Below the pieces are notes generated by a model. That model made no database searches, was not told the DNA's origin, and saw only the letters and a program-made list of their open reading frames with translations. Position numbers and translations under genes: made by a program. A DNA stretch of 64,000 nucleotides from Chiloscyllium plagiosum (Eukaryota), in the NCBI RefSeq assembly GCF_004010195.1, contig NC_057719.1:52444608-52508607 (forward strand), written 5' to 3'. Of the stretch, positions 63,535 through 64,000 are shown one piece after another; within the stretch, counting starts at the first letter, position 1, and each line of letters starts with the position of its first letter.

Positions 63535-64000
63535 TACATAAAATAGGAGCTGGAGAAGGCCATTTGGCTCCACGTGCATGGTCTATCATTGAATAAGATT
63601 ATCGCTGATCCGATTGCAGACAGAACATTATTTTCTTACACTCTTGCAAATAAACGTGGACATGCTTGAAGGTCAACAATCTTCCTAACTCAACTTTGAA
63701 ATTATTCAATAACCCAGCCTCCACTGTTCTCTGTAATAGACAATTCTGAGGTTTAATGACCCTCTGAGAGAATAAATTTCACCTCATTTCTTTCATAAGT
63801 GGGGGAATCCTCAAATTTTGAAATTGTGTCCCCTAGTTCTGCACAAGGCAAATAATGTCCTACTCATCTTTCCTCAACACAACCCCCTCATTCTAGAAAC
63901 CTTCTTTGAAGTGAACCTTCTTTAAACTGTCACAATGCAAGTACATTCCTCCTCAGTTAAGGACACCAAAACTGAATGCAATATTCCAAATGTGATCTCA
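63535..64000 (-). mobile_element. Degenerate CR1 3' fragment
   Basis: acataaaataggagctggagaaggccatttggc terminus; caccaaaactgaatgcaatattccaaatg = minus HLEYCIQFWC. Confidence 0.7.

Overview
AT-rich, repeat-dense vertebrate genomic DNA with no intact host protein-coding gene that I can support. The mix of CR1-clade LINE fragments, tRNA-derived HE1/V-SINE-like SINEs and Penelope-like elements (PLEs) suggests a cartilaginous fish (inference). Main contents: (1) a 5'-truncated PLE at 28561-32082 with frameshifted RT and GIY-YIG endonuclease, ~640-bp inverted termini, a ~36-39-nt tail and a target-site duplication (TSD); (2) at least three families of short PLE-derived elements carrying minimal type I hammerhead ribozyme (HHR) motifs (CTGANGA-stem II-GAAA-palindromic ACGT/AGCT), often as fold-back insertions with 12-15-bp TSDs; (3) a 60-bp insert made almost entirely of one intact HHR plus its inverted partial copy, flanked by a perfect 47-bp duplication (45862-46015); (4) a decayed hAT transposase (EPM2AIP1/GTF2IRD2/SPIN-like) missed by the ORF track; (5) two related solo-LTR-like repeats, a near-perfect 236-bp local duplication, a head-to-head telomeric insert, a Harbinger-type Myb/SANT remnant and two assembly gaps. 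All calls were made by eye. Family names rest on motif recall, not database searches, and boundaries of old repeats are approximate.
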